DNA of 64,000 nucleotides, taken from Octopus sinensis. Its lineage: Eukaryota. The notes beneath the pieces are model-generated. The model saw only the letters and a program-made list of their open reading frames with translations. It did no database searches and was not told the origin of the DNA. Positions 24,866 through 38,096 of the stretch are shown here, in pieces; the first letter of the stretch is position 1, and each line of letters starts with the position of its first letter. The stretch covers positions 31,620,001 through 31,684,000 of the forward strand of contig NC_043000.1 of assembly GCF_006345805.1 (NCBI RefSeq), given 5' to 3'. The translations under genes were made by a program, and so were the position numbers.

Positions 24866-27658
24866 GTCAGTCTGGAATATTTATACGTGCATAGTAGACA
24901 TACATACAAACACACACACACACACACATATACATAAAGCGAGAGAGAGAGAGAGAGAAGGTAAAAAGAAATGGAAAGAGAGAGAACATACACACACGCA
25001 GATATGTAAATATATAATGTGTAGATGTTTGCTTTTGTGAATGTCTGTTTATATCTCCATGTTCCCGAATATGGGTTCTTTCATTAACTTATACGTGCTA
25101 CTTTCTTATCAATAATACGAAATACTTTCCTGAACATTTTCTTTCATTAACTATTTTGTTTTTAAAAAGGGACAAGCTCAAAAGATTATGTTTGATTATG
25201 CCACGCCATCCGTGCTTTATTCAACATTTTTCAACAAAATCAAAGAGACGTTTTAGATGTCAATAAGGTGAATTGTCGTTTGCGACAGAAGCAAGTATTA
25301 TGTTTCAGACAATAATCCCTCTCTGACGGAAGATCATCGACCGAAACGTCAAGTTTTTAAAACTTATTGACCATGATAAGGAATATTTACTGTTGTTGTC
25401 GACATAGAATCGCACCAGTTTCTCGTGTTGCAGACTTCATCATATTCTCAACAGACCTATATCCCATTATGTATCGTATCATTCTCATCTTATATATCGG
25501 TAGTTTCTGGGTTATAAAGCCACGAATTAAAAAGGGTGGAGGGCTCCATGTTGTCAATCGACATGCTGGAAATCGCAGCTAAATCTCCATCTGAATACGC
25601 CCTACCTTTAAACAAAAAACGTGATTGTTGTGATTGTTTCCGATGTTGTTTTAGGTCACGGTCAGCTCTTCTCCATTAGATGGACAAAGCTGTTGCTACC
25701 GTAATTATTCTTGCTCTTCCATTGTAAAGATAAGACAGTACGCCATAACCGTAGAGGGTACCTCGAACACAATTGATCCCAAAGTAGGCTAACTTCTGAC
25801 TAAATAACAACAGCAACAACAACAAATATATGTAAAACGAGTTGAAATTATTTTACACTCTTCAGCACCTGTCGCTGCCTTTTGGTGCGGGGGTTGTGGC
25901 GTGATCCAGCTGCTCGGGGGGTTTGTGGGTTAGCTGGTTTAAGGACGGGCATCCTGATAGTTGTTTTTTTTTTATGGGCATCGAGTGTCCCCACTAAGCT
26001 CGGCATCGATATGTGGTAGTGAGTAAGCTTACTAGGGGCAGGTTGTCTAATGAGGATCGATTCGGTCCAGGGTACAAACGCGAGCTCTAGTGAGACGGCA
26101 CTTGTGGGGAGTGGTCAGCTGGCAGCTTGTTCGGTAGATAAACTCTAACCTCATTTCCTATAGGCGCGGCCATGAATGTGTGTTTAAGAAGCTCGCTTTG
26201 CAACCACGGGATTTCCGGTTCAGTCTCACTGCATGATCCTTAGGGCAAGAGTCTTCAACTAAAGCCCCCGATCGGACAATGTTTTCTCGGTGAACTGATG
26301 ACGATGGGCTCCAGTAGACTGTTAGGGCGAATGACGTCACTGATGCTATTGTGTTATGTTTGTCTGGATTAAGTGATATTAGGATGGTGTCGGAATGTTG
26401 TGAGAGATTATAGATTATTAAAACGTTACTGTTGTTAACCCAAGTTTAACTCCAATCGCTCTTTAATCAATCTCTAATCAAAAGTGTCGCCATCTTATTT
26501 TCGAAAATGTTATATATTTTTGTTTTATGTCATGTTTGGTGCGACAGGAAAGAGTTCTACGCCAGTATCCTTTGAAGGCCCTTCGAGAAACCGTGGGATG
26601 GACACGGTGGATGTCCTTTTTGTTGTGAGTTTCAGGAGAAACATGTGCAGGAGGTGGGGGATTCCGAAAGTTGACGTCCTGGAGAAGGATGTAGGAAAAT
26701 CCTTTCTCCAGAGATGCGCAGCTTGAAGAGTGGATACAAAATGTTGGTGGTAGTGGTGGTGACGGTGTTGATGATGGTGATGGTAGTGGTAGTTTTGTTG
26801 TTGGTGGTGATAGTGGGGGTGATTGTGGTGATAGTAGTAGTAATAGCAGTAGTAGTAGTAGCAGTTGTTGTTGTCCCAGCAGTAACAGCTGTTGTTGTTG
26901 TAGAAGTAGTAGTAGTTTATCCTCTTTATAAGTTGTTAAGGTCCCCAGGAAGCCCCCAAACTGAGGTTTCCTTCGTTTCTCCCCCGTCAGACTTCATCAA
27001 CAAACAGCATCATATTCGATGGTTATTTCATGATTTAGATATTAGGGTCCTCCATCAAACACCATTGAGTCTACTTTCAAATGCATTAGGGTCCAACACT
27101 AGCTAGCCTAGAGTCTAATCTTAAAGACTGTAGGGCCAAGCATCAAATACTACAAGGCTCAGTTTCAAATACTTTAGGGTTGAGCTGGTAATCAACAAGG
27201 CTACCATTACACAATCGCCCGACTTCCGAGAAGCAACAGTCACATTTCAAACTATTGTCTAAACATTAAACAATGTAGTTTGATATCGAGTAAAATAAAA
27301 GGCATGGTCACGGCTGGAATGCTTTTAATCCTAGGTCTGTTCAGCAAGTCATCGTTTACTTCTTTATTGAATCCAACCACTGGGTGGCGGCCTCGCTGGG
27401 GCACGTTTTAGAGATCTTTTTGTGAAATCCTGTATATTACAAACGCGATTATAACAGAATCAAAAATATAAAATAATTGTAATATAGAAGACATAAAATC
27501 TGTTATTTTTTACTTGCTTCTATTTATATATACATATTTATTTATATATACGTATTTATTTATATATACGTATTTATATATATATATATATATATATAAA
27601 TATATGAAAAAACAAGTCAAAAATAGAAAATGCTAAGATGATTTTATAGTGAATCTTT

Positions 27659-27696
27659 CAGTACCGGTTTCGGTCATTTTGAGACCTTTTCAACTG
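27659..27696 (-). ncRNA. Candidate minimal type-I hammerhead ribozyme, U3-A8 core variant
   Basis: CAG-TTGAAAA-GGTC-TCAAAAT-GACC-GAAAC-CG-GTA-CTG: stem I CAG/CTG, stem II GGTC/GACC, palindromic stem III ACCGGT, GUA site; ~500 bp 3' of the same-strand GIY-YIG ORF. Confidence 0.6.
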
Positions 27697-27944
27697 TAAC
27701 GATTAAATAATTAAATTTTGAAAAATTTAGAAAAATTAGAAGAAAGGTTTTTTTAAAGGAATACTTCCATAGTAGTGTTCAGATATATGTGGCATTCTGC
27801 CTTTCTCTGACTCCCTTGTTTGCACTTGTGTATTCGAGGTCGTTGTGAGTTCTTGAGGGGGTGGGAGTGGGAAAATCTGGGCTGGTCAGTGGCGACCGGC
27901 AGTCGCTGCGTAGGCGTTATACTTAAAGACATTAGTGGGGGTAG

Positions 27945-28125
27945 AAGGTGGAGAAGTAGAAGAAGAAGAAGAAGAAGATGACGGTGCTGATGATGATGAC
28001 GATGAAGAAGAAGAAGGAGAAGGAGAAGATGACGATGATGATGGTGGTGATGACGATGACGACGATGATGATGATAACGATGATGATGAAGAAGGAGAAG
28101 AAGAGGGAGAAGAAGAAAAAAAACA
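27945..28125. repeat. (GAA/GAT/GAC)n compound microsatellite
   Basis: Direct; gives a spurious acidic ORF. Confidence 0.9.
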
Positions 28126-28229
28126 GAGAAGGGAGAATATGAATGGGTGAAGATATAGCTGTTTTGGGGCGATTAGTAATGGATTCTATGGAATGTAATA
28201 TTTGTGTGTGTATATATATTTCTTTTATT

Positions 28230-28870
28230 CTTAAGTTGAGCTATATTAATTGTTTGTCGTAGACCCGTTAAGAAGTGGCCTGTATTTATAATAAAGAGAT
28301 TTTCTTTACTTATTCGTTGTCTCGAGGTTGTATCGTCCCTAAATTGGTAGAGGGGGAAAATTCTGAAGTTTGGTGTTTTTTTGTTGGCGCAAGTATCTAT
28401 GTGTTGGCTAAAAGCTATTTTTCTGTTTTGGGGAATTTTTATCTGGGATCTGTGCAGGGCCATTCGTTTACGCAAACCATTTTTTGTTTGGCCTATGTAC
28501 TGCTCTTGACACCCGGAGCAGGTTAGTGAGTATATTAGGTTCTCCGAAGCACATGTGAAGTTGCTTTTCACTGTAAACCGTTGTGCCTGTTTGAAGGAGA
28601 ACTCAGAACCCTCGATTAGATAGTCGCATATCCCGCAATTGGGTCTTCCACATTTTTTTACTGTCGGCTTCTGTGTTGAAGAGTGAATTCGGGCTTGTGT
28701 TAGAAGACTTTTCATGGATCTAGGCTGTCTTTTGCTTTTTATGATCGTGTGTGTTTGGAGGATTGTGTTCATTCTGTGGTCTTTTTTAGGAGGGGTATGT
28801 TGTGGAGGATGGTGCCGAAGGCTTCGTTATTGAGAGGGTGTGTGTGGAGATGTATGGTAAGCTTTTGGTT
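28230..28870 (-). mobile_element. Penelope-like element, 5'-truncated, GIY-YIG endonuclease region
   Basis: KSKRQPRSMKSLLTQAR; CGRPNCGICDY; FTCASENLIYSLTCSGCQEQYIGQTKNGLRKRMALHRSQI; FSQHIDTC; KE..FI. Confidence 0.92.
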
Positions 28871-28884
28871 ATATATATAAATAT

Positions 28885-28917
<33 letters not shown>

Positions 28918-29057
28918 AATATATATATATGTATATATATAAATATATATATATATATGTATATATATAAATATAATATATATATATATGTATATATATA
29001 ATATATATAATATATAAATATATATATAAATATATATTTATAAATATATATATATAT

Positions 29058-29132
<75 letters not shown>

Positions 29133-29725
29133 CATATATATATATACATATTATATATAAAAATTTATAATTAATTATTAATTATAATTGAGGGTACACG
29201 AAGTGTCAGCGTTGCTAGAAATAAGAGTCGAAAAATACTCAAATAAGCCACCATTTCACTGAAAATACAATTGGCTGACGAAAATCGAGGGACAAGCAAA
29301 ATTTAACATACCATTGGAGCTGAAAGTCGCAAATAAGGATCACAGATATCTCTATATCACGTGATTTAAAACTTTAAAATATTTCCCTTAGTTCTCATAA
29401 GTAGGTCTCGCCAAGGGTTAAATTTATGCTCGCTTCGTCATGCCTATCAAATCGTTGAAAGACCAGCGCCAAATTCAAACGATACACTTACTTCTATGTG
29501 TGTGTATCTATATATATATATATATATATATATAAATTAAATTAGAGATAAAACCACTATTAGGCAAATCAAATAGTGAAAAACATAAACGAAAACATAG
29601 AAATAAAATTAATAATTATAATATTAATTATATATATATATATATATATATATTATACATATATATATATATACATATATATACATATATATATGTATAT
29701 ATATATATATATGTGTATATATATG

Positions 29726-29772
<47 letters not shown>

Positions 29773-29783
29773 GTATATATATG

Positions 29784-29815
<32 letters not shown>

Positions 29816-29853
29816 TATATATACATATATATATATGTATATATATATATGTA

Positions 29854-29935
<82 letters not shown>

Positions 29936-30495
29936 GGTAAACAGTAAAATTAATTACAGACATGGACAAGAACATGAAACACCACAGAGACGACACAAGA
30001 ACCACAGGACGGGACATTCGAAGCCTCAGTCATCAGTCAAGAACCAGATCATCTTAGCAATTTCGGCTGATTAAATACATATATATATATAGTAATTTGT
30101 CAAAAAAGATCCGATAGAATAAATACCAAAGTAAGTATTGCGGTTGATTTATTCGACTAAACCCTTCGAGGCCGTGCTCCAGCATGGGCCGCACTTCAAT
30201 GAAGAAAGTAAAAATAACAGATTTTATTTCTTCCATTATCAATAGTAATAATAATCATAATAATAATAATAATGATATCTTTATATATATATATGCTGAA
30301 TCTCCTTAATTATCTCATAATAATGACTTTTATTACTTTTGTTACTATTTCAGTTTATCAAAATGTATATATTTGTCGTTACCTTTCATAAAAAGCCTTT
30401 TCTTTTTTATTTACAATGTGCATTTTCGTTGATTTTTATTACTTTCACCTTACATTTCCAAGCGTAGTTTCTATTTTCTTTTTGCAACATATTTC

Positions 30496-30550
<55 letters not shown>

Positions 30551-30632
30551 TTTATATATATTATATATTATAAATAAATATTTATATATATATAAATAAA
30601 TATTATATATATATATATATTAAATAAATATT

Positions 30633-30663
<31 letters not shown>

Positions 30664-33099
30664 CACACAACACCCGCGCGCGCACACATACAGACATATA
30701 TATATATACATGCAGCATGTATATGTGATATTTGGCTTTTGTATAAGTATTGGCCTTGCTATGCAGAAGCCACAAGTGAGCTGGCGGAATACTTACCTGT
30801 GATTACAACATTTGCAGCAACAATAACAAACAGCAACGAACATTGTAAATAATGGCAACAATAGACAGAAAATGCGCAGCTTCACAACACCAACAATAAT
30901 AATAACAACAACAACAACGAGCGAGCGAGACAATAGACAGGCCACAGCAATAAAAGGCGAAACATGATTAAGTATGAAGAAACTTATTGATCTCTGATAG
31001 GGATACGACAGACAAACAATGCAATTACCATGGTAACGAGATCAAATAAGAAATAGAAAAGATCAATCATAAGAAGATCGAAAATAACAACATCAATAGC
31101 AACAAGAGCAACAATAATATGTTTAATCGTGTCTAGTGACTTTATATGAAGAGGCTTGCTTTCAATAGCTTCCTCAAACACATACACATATATACGCTTA
31201 TAGATATGTTTCTTTACTACCTACGAGGGGCTACACATAGAGGGGACAAACAAGGACAGACAAACGAATTAATTCGATTATATTGACCTCAGTGCGAAAC
31301 TGGTACTTAATTTATCGACCCCGAAAGGATGAAAGGCAAAGTCGACCTCGGCAGAATTTGAACTCAGAACGTAACGGCAGACGAAATACCGCTAAGCATT
31401 TCGCCCGATGTGTAAACGTTTCTGCCAGCTCGCCGCCTTTGATAAAGAGTTAAATTATAATCGTTATATGCCTGCCATATTTCCTGGTATTATCCATTGT
31501 GGCAAAAGCATATTTCCAAAGCCAACCCACATAACTCAATCCTTTTGCGAAACAGCTCGCGTATCTGGGAGAGTACTGGTGCCACAAATTCGAAAGCTGG
31601 GTTAAATTCAAGCCAAAGTTATTTGACTTACTAACAAATATTCTCTCCCCAACATACTTCAATCTCTTCCTCACACTTCTGCTGTGTCTTCTGTCAGTCT
31701 CTTCTACCAATACAACAATGCGCTTTGTCCCTCTATAATAGGGAATTGTGAACCACAATCCTCCTCCCCTCTCCCAACAGCTATTTTGTCGTCTTCCCAT
31801 CACCCTTACTGTGTCTCAACTCTCACATTTCCTTATCAAGCATTTCACCCATTCATTCCTCCTCTGAACAGTTGCTCCTCTGAGGAATACCCTCTTGGTT
31901 CACTTCCATATAAATGTTCACCGCGAACATTAGCCACATCAATTTCAGCAGCCTGGGATGGACTGGAAAGCTCAGCGTCCCTCTTTCCTCCACCTCCTCC
32001 TCATGCCACTTCATTAAAACAGAAACTATTACACATTTTTTTCTGTCAAACAGACACAGAAACACATAGAAGAGCCTTTACACGCAGAGACGTTTATTAG
32101 TAAGCTGCTGAGGGACAAAACGCACTTTCGATTTCTCTTTACAGTTTTAACATGACTGAGTTGATAATATTGTTAGCAAAGACTGACACGATTACAGCAA
32201 CCGTTTTACTTTTGTCTGAAGCGTATTTGGTTAATTACTACACAGCGATGCGTAATGATAACTGTAGCTAATCAAAGCAAGGATGCTGACATTTGCAGTT
32301 GATGCTTGATTCTATCTCACCTTCATGCGTCCGTATAGGTGTGTGTGTGTGTCTGTAAGTTCGTGTCTGTGTTTGCGTCTTTCTATGATTCCAAATAGCT
32401 TTATTACGACAAACTTTGTTTAACAGAAAGATGTAAGGAATGAACATAACACATTGGCTTGTAATGGTTCCAGTCAGTCTTCATTTAATATATGGAGGGC
32501 AGCAAGTCAATCTATTCTTCTTCGATTTGTTTCTCAGAAGAGGACCTGATATGGATCGCCAATGCAAGTCAGTCACCGATTTGTGAACAATAGAGATAGC
32601 TGTCTTCTTTAATGTGATGATTCAAACCTCTAGAAAGGCTTGTTCAGAATTATGTAAACTGTAATTCACAATTAGCTTTACCAACCAATCCCCGGCCATC
32701 TACGACCAATCATGAAAGGAATGGCTCAGCTTAACTTGAAATATTATCGAATTTGATGAAGAACAGATAAACTTCGCAAAAATCCCAATGTAGGAAATTT
32801 TAATTAAAAGAAAGGCGATTTGATTGAGGAAGATCGAATTCCTGACAAATTGACAGTTATTTTGGTTATTTTCAGTACCGAGATGGAATATTTGCCAAAT
32901 TGGTGTGACGCATGGCAATTCTTTATCGTTTATTGAAATTATTAAAAGCAAATTCCCCGAAGCGCACTCTAAGGAAGAACACATCGGACACTGTGGTCCT
33001 TGATATGCCAAAAGAAGGGATGGTTATAACAGAAATGACTATCAACTCCAGTGTTCAACTGGTATACATTTTTTTTCGACCCCAAGACGATTTTCGACC

Positions 33100-34012
33100 C
33101 CGAGACGATTAAAGGTGAAGTCGACCACACGGTCCAAATGCCGCTAAAATAGTAGATCAAATATTCTTCTCTACTCTAGGCACAAGGCCCGAAATTTTTG
33201 GAGTGGGGAGGGCAGTCGATTAGATCGATCCCAGTACGCAACCGGTACTTAATTTACCGTCCCCGAAAGGATGAAAAGTAAAGTCCACCTCAGTGGGATT
33301 TAAACTCAGAACATAGAGACGAAATACTGTTAAGCATTTCGCCCGGCGTGCTCACGTTTTTGTCAGCTCGCCGCCTTTATTAGATAACATATTTATTTCT
33401 TTATTGCTCACAAGGGGCTAAACATAGAGGGAACAAACAAGGACAGACAAACGGATTAAGTCGATTACATCGATCCCAGTGCGTAACTGGTACTAATTTA
33501 ATCGACCCCGAAAGGATAAAAGGCAAAGTCGACCTCGGCGGAATTTGAACTCAGAACGTAACGGCAGACGAAATACCTATTTCTTTACTACCCACAAGGA
33601 GATAAACACAGAGAGGACAAACAAGGACAGACAAATGGATTAAGTCGATTATATCGATCCCAGTGCGTTACTGGTACTTAATTTATCGACCCCGAAAGGA
33701 TGAAAGGCAAAGTCGACCTCGGCGGAATTTGAACTCAGAACGTAACGACAGACGAAATACTGCTAAGCATTTAGTAGATAAAATATTCTTGTCTACTCTA
33801 GGCACAAGGCCCGACATTTTGGGGAGGTGGCCAGTCGATTAGATCGTCACCAGTACGCAAGTGGTACTTTATCCAACCCGAAAGGATGAAAGGCAAATTC
33901 GACCCCGGCGGAAATTGAACTCAGAACGTGAGGACGGGCGAAATGCCGCTAAACATTTCGTCCGGCGTGCCGACGTTTCTGCCAGCTCGCCGCCTTTATT
34001 AGATAAAATATT
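33100..34012 (-). mobile_element. Array of four to five family-C SINEs
   Basis: Repeated core blocks; the last copy (33788-33994) is flanked by the 13-bp direct repeat TAGATAAAATATT; a single further copy lies at ~31205-31438. Confidence 0.85.
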
Positions 34013-34261
34013 ACTACTCGTTATTTGGTGTGGCCAGACAAGATTCGATCTGTGGATTGAAAATAACTAGCCATCAATAATAGGAATAATTCTATATTTC
34101 AGCGCCTTCTCACATTTTACTTTGTCTCTCTCTCTCTCCTACACACACACCCTCTCTCTCTCTCCTACACACACACCCTCTCTCTCTCTCCTACACACAC
34201 ACCCTCTCTCTCTCTCACTCATTCTCCCTCTCCACCTCGCTTTGCATATTTTCATATACTT

Positions 34262-34293
<32 letters not shown>

Positions 34294-34361
34294 GCATGCC
34301 TATATGTACATACACATGGCCATAATGAACTGATACTTGGACATCCTTGTTTACTCATTTG

Positions 34362-34416
<55 letters not shown>

Positions 34417-34678
34417 ATTATCTTTTATTTCTTTCATTCTTTGGGCTGCAGCCAAGCTGGGGCAACGTCTATCAGAATCTTTAGTCGAATGAATCGAGCC
34501 CAGTACTTATCATTTTAAGCCTGGTACTTATTTTATCGGTGTCTTTCGCCGAACCGCTAGCTTATGGAGACGTTAACACACCACCACTGGTCGTCAAGCG
34601 GTGGTGTGGAACAACTGGACACACACATACACACACCAACACCCCCACACACACACACATATATACATATACATATAT

Positions 34679-34710
<32 letters not shown>

Positions 34711-35019
34711 ATATATATATATATAAGACAGGCCTATTTCAGTTTCCGTCGAACAAATAACACTCACAAAGCTTTGGTTGACCTGATGTTATTGTATGAG
34801 ACTGAATCCGAGAGAGGCAAAGTTCTTGCCACACAGCCACGCCTCTCTTTCCCTCTCACTCTCTTTCTCACTCTCTCTCTCTCTATATATATATATACAT
34901 ATGTGTGTGTGTGTGGTGTGTGTGTGTGTGTATGTGTGTTTGTGTATCACTGATTTCCTTCGTCTAGTGCCTTTCATCCTCTCGGGATCGATAAAATAAG
35001 TCCAGGGGTCGATAAATAC

Positions 35020-36073
35020 CACCATGACCGATATCCAAACTACAGTGACGATGAGCGATGGCTAGAAGAATATTGAGCTTTATTTAATAACTAGCTGATC
35101 TAGCAAGCGGGGTCTCATATCAGTGAGGGGGGGGGGACGGTGCGCATTGATGCCGTCGAGAGGTAGGCCCCGAAATGGCGCGCATTCTCTCCTGATGACC
35201 CCATACACTTGCTGCTTTCCAGCCTGCGTCCTCATAACGTCGATAAATTCCTTATATCATTGCCTTGTTTATGGAATCGTTTGCAAACTTATCGACTCCC
35301 CACTCCGCCATCATGTAAATTTTGAAAATAAAATTAAAACGTATATTTGATTTGTAAAAAATAGCATTCTTATCTTAAAAACAATTATTCCTTTGTTTTG
35401 GTTGGAGATTCCTCGGTGGATATATACGTTGTTGAATAGAATAATTCTTCAGTCATTATAAAATCCGGTTAATTTCTATAGAATGTTTTATTATATTAAA
35501 TAAATAAATAGCTTATTAATTATAGCAATGTAAGCTATATAAGTTTCTCTTAAGTGTTACGTGCTTTTCATTCTTTAGTTATCTATTAAGCATAACGTAG
35601 AATTCTCGTCTGCAGTTTTCGTTCTTTAGATATCCAGTGACGTCATCAATTTTAGTAGATGAATATACTCGTTTGCTACGTTAGGTTTTTTTTTTAATGT
35701 AGATTTTTGCTATTTTTTATATTTCATTTTATAAACTAAATTAGTTGTTCAATGACGCCGCTCTTGGTTGAATGAATGAATGATGATGTCTTGCAAACAA
35801 CTTGCACATGCAAGTGCTACCAGTCAAAAACTCCGCATACCGGAAGCCAGCTAGTGTATGGGGGTCATCAGGAGAGAATGCGCGCCGTTTCGGGGCCTAC
35901 CTCTCGACGGCATCAATGCGCACCGGCCCCCCTCACTGATATGAGGCCCTGCTTGCTAGATCAGCTGGTTATTAAATAAAGCTCAATATTCTTCTAGCCA
36001 TCGCTCATCGTCTCTTTTTAACTACGTCCAGTAGCTGGCCTTTTCCACTGTAGTTTGGATATCGGTCATGGTG
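35020..36073. repeat. Inverted repeat with ~200-bp GC-rich arms (35020-35220 and 35842-36073) and a ~620-bp AT-rich spacer
   Basis: GGTGCGCATTGATGCCGTCGAGAGGTAGGCCCCGAAA... is mirrored at 35890-35930; the right arm carries an extra ~35 bp at ~36013-36045. Confidence 0.9.
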
Positions 36074-36514
36074 ATATTGACTTTATGATGAGTTAGGCCT
36101 AACGATAACAACAGTCGTCTCACACTGTGTCCAACGAACCCTCTACATCTGACTTCGATTGGAAAATGTTCTGCTTTCCAGCCTGCGTCTTCATATTCCT
36201 CGAGGGGTTTACATAAGTTAAATTTGTCTTAGCGTTTCTTTCTGTTAGCGTTTTATTATAAGAGCTGAAATTTTTTCAGACGATCAGTTAGAAATTCGCC
36301 AATTTGGATTACCTTAATAATGTTGTGTTCACATAAATTTTCGTATATATTATAAATTTCAATAATATTATGTGTGTGTGTGTGCGCGCACGCGCGCGTG
36401 TGTGTGTATGTGTGTGTTAATGCAATTGAAGCAATTATTGGATTTTTAAGGTGCGATCTCAGGTAAGGATGGGATTTTCTTTGTACATATTACTGATTGT
36501 TATATATATATATA

Positions 36515-37265
36515 CTAGCACTATGACCCGGCAACGCCGGGTCATAGTGCTAGTGCATGCATATACAGCTGCGTGCGTGCACACATACACACGAGTGCTG
36601 TCGAAATATCCGACCAATCACATACGGCTAGCTGGCATTCAATTGGCGTATCAAGTTTCGGGCATTTTGATTGGGTTTTGGATAGAAAATTCACAAAAAT
36701 GTCACTTCTATTGATATTTTAATGGCTTTGCGGGGTGATTGGGGAAATGTAAAGATGTGCACGACCACCCTTGGACAGTTTTGAATGACCAGAGAAAGTG
36801 CGAGCCCTCTAACTGAAAAATTGTGGATTTGTATAAAGGACACGCACACAGACAGACATTTTGCCGTTTATATATATACTAGCAGTATCGCCCGGCGTTG
36901 CTCGGGTTGTAAGGGAAATAACTATATAAGCATTTTTAGAGAGTTATAGCCAAAAAATAGCAAAAAAAATGCATTAAAAATTGAAAAAAAATTAAGGTAA
37001 ATTTTTTTTAAATCGTTGACACATCGTAGATATTTTTAGAGAGTTACTTCCCTTATATAAAAGCGAAAAAATATGCATTAAAATGGAAAAATATGATGGT
37101 AAATTTTTTTTAAATCGTAGACTCATCGTAGACGCGCGCTAATACCCAGAAGGGCTCGATATGAATCACGACTATAAGATACCCGCTTTTGGTTAAACTG
37201 CACCGCAAAATGTGGGAGTAATTACGAATGTAAATCGAAGGGGACAGACACACAACTTAGTCATA
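36515..37265 (-). mobile_element. Two abutting Helitron-like non-autonomous elements (36515-36875 and 36879-~37265)
   Basis: On the minus strand each ends in a GC-rich hairpin (CCCGGCGTTGCCGGG or CCCGAGCAACGCCGGG) followed by CTAG|T, the Helitron 3' signature; another such end at 53988-54015 (+). Confidence 0.65.
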
Positions 37266-38031
37266 GAGTTAGATTTATGAAGGTCTTCAGTAGAAAATCC
37301 TTCGAATTCTGACTCGCTGCTTGATATAATGAAATTCGTATCCATTTTTTGTCAGAATTACAAAATTTGAAAACACAATAGGAACAAATTTCGGAAAAAC
37401 ATCTCCCATAATTCACGGAATTAAAATTACACTTCGATTTTTGTACAAAACTGTATTTGAAGTGTTTACGAAGTATAATACGTGTTTTCACGAATGTACT
37501 AAAGAGATTTACTCTGATATTCTCATTAAATATGAATAGGTAAATTCGGGCGGTTTGGTAACGAAAGGGTTTATATAAGTGTCGTCTGTTTATACATAAA
37601 CACTGTTTCATAGTTTCAGTTTAGTCTTGCTCAAATCACTGTCGCTAATTTACTCTCTTCCAAGAACATTTTCACTCACTGTTATCTGTTAGCTTCCCAT
37701 ACATTTTACTCATGTATCTATCAGCGTGATAGACAGAAACAAATATTACATTTACTTTCATTTTATTCGTTGCCCACTGTGTGTGTGCGTTTGCGTGTGG
37801 TGTAAACAGACTAAGAAAAGCATTTGACACACACACCAGAATGTGAGTTTTCTGTAAATTTTGCTTAATTGGAGTTTAAAATTTTAAAACTGGACCTGGC
37901 ATGACGCGATGCATTGTACTCTTAAACTGCTAGGTAAATTGTAATTGAAGAATCCTATATTTAGATTTGTATAACTCCCAAAGGAGGCAGATAAATCTGC
38001 CTTTTATAATAAGATAGATATAGATATATAT

Positions 38032-38063
<32 letters not shown>

Positions 38064-38096
38064 ATATATATTATATATATATATATATAAGTATAT

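Noticed and set aside
29190-29421. TTAA|CCCTT end suggesting a piggyBac MITE
   Set aside because: No matching opposite terminus found.
31450-32100. Non-repetitive-looking ORFs (138 aa + and 117 aa -) considered as downstream CNG exons
   Set aside because: No recognisable homology, no convincing phase-1 acceptor, and in-frame stops just upstream.
35135-35205. CTGATGA and GAAA(C/T) inside the 35-kb inverted-repeat arms as a hammerhead
   Set aside because: No stem II can form in either permutation, and no NUH triplet is present.
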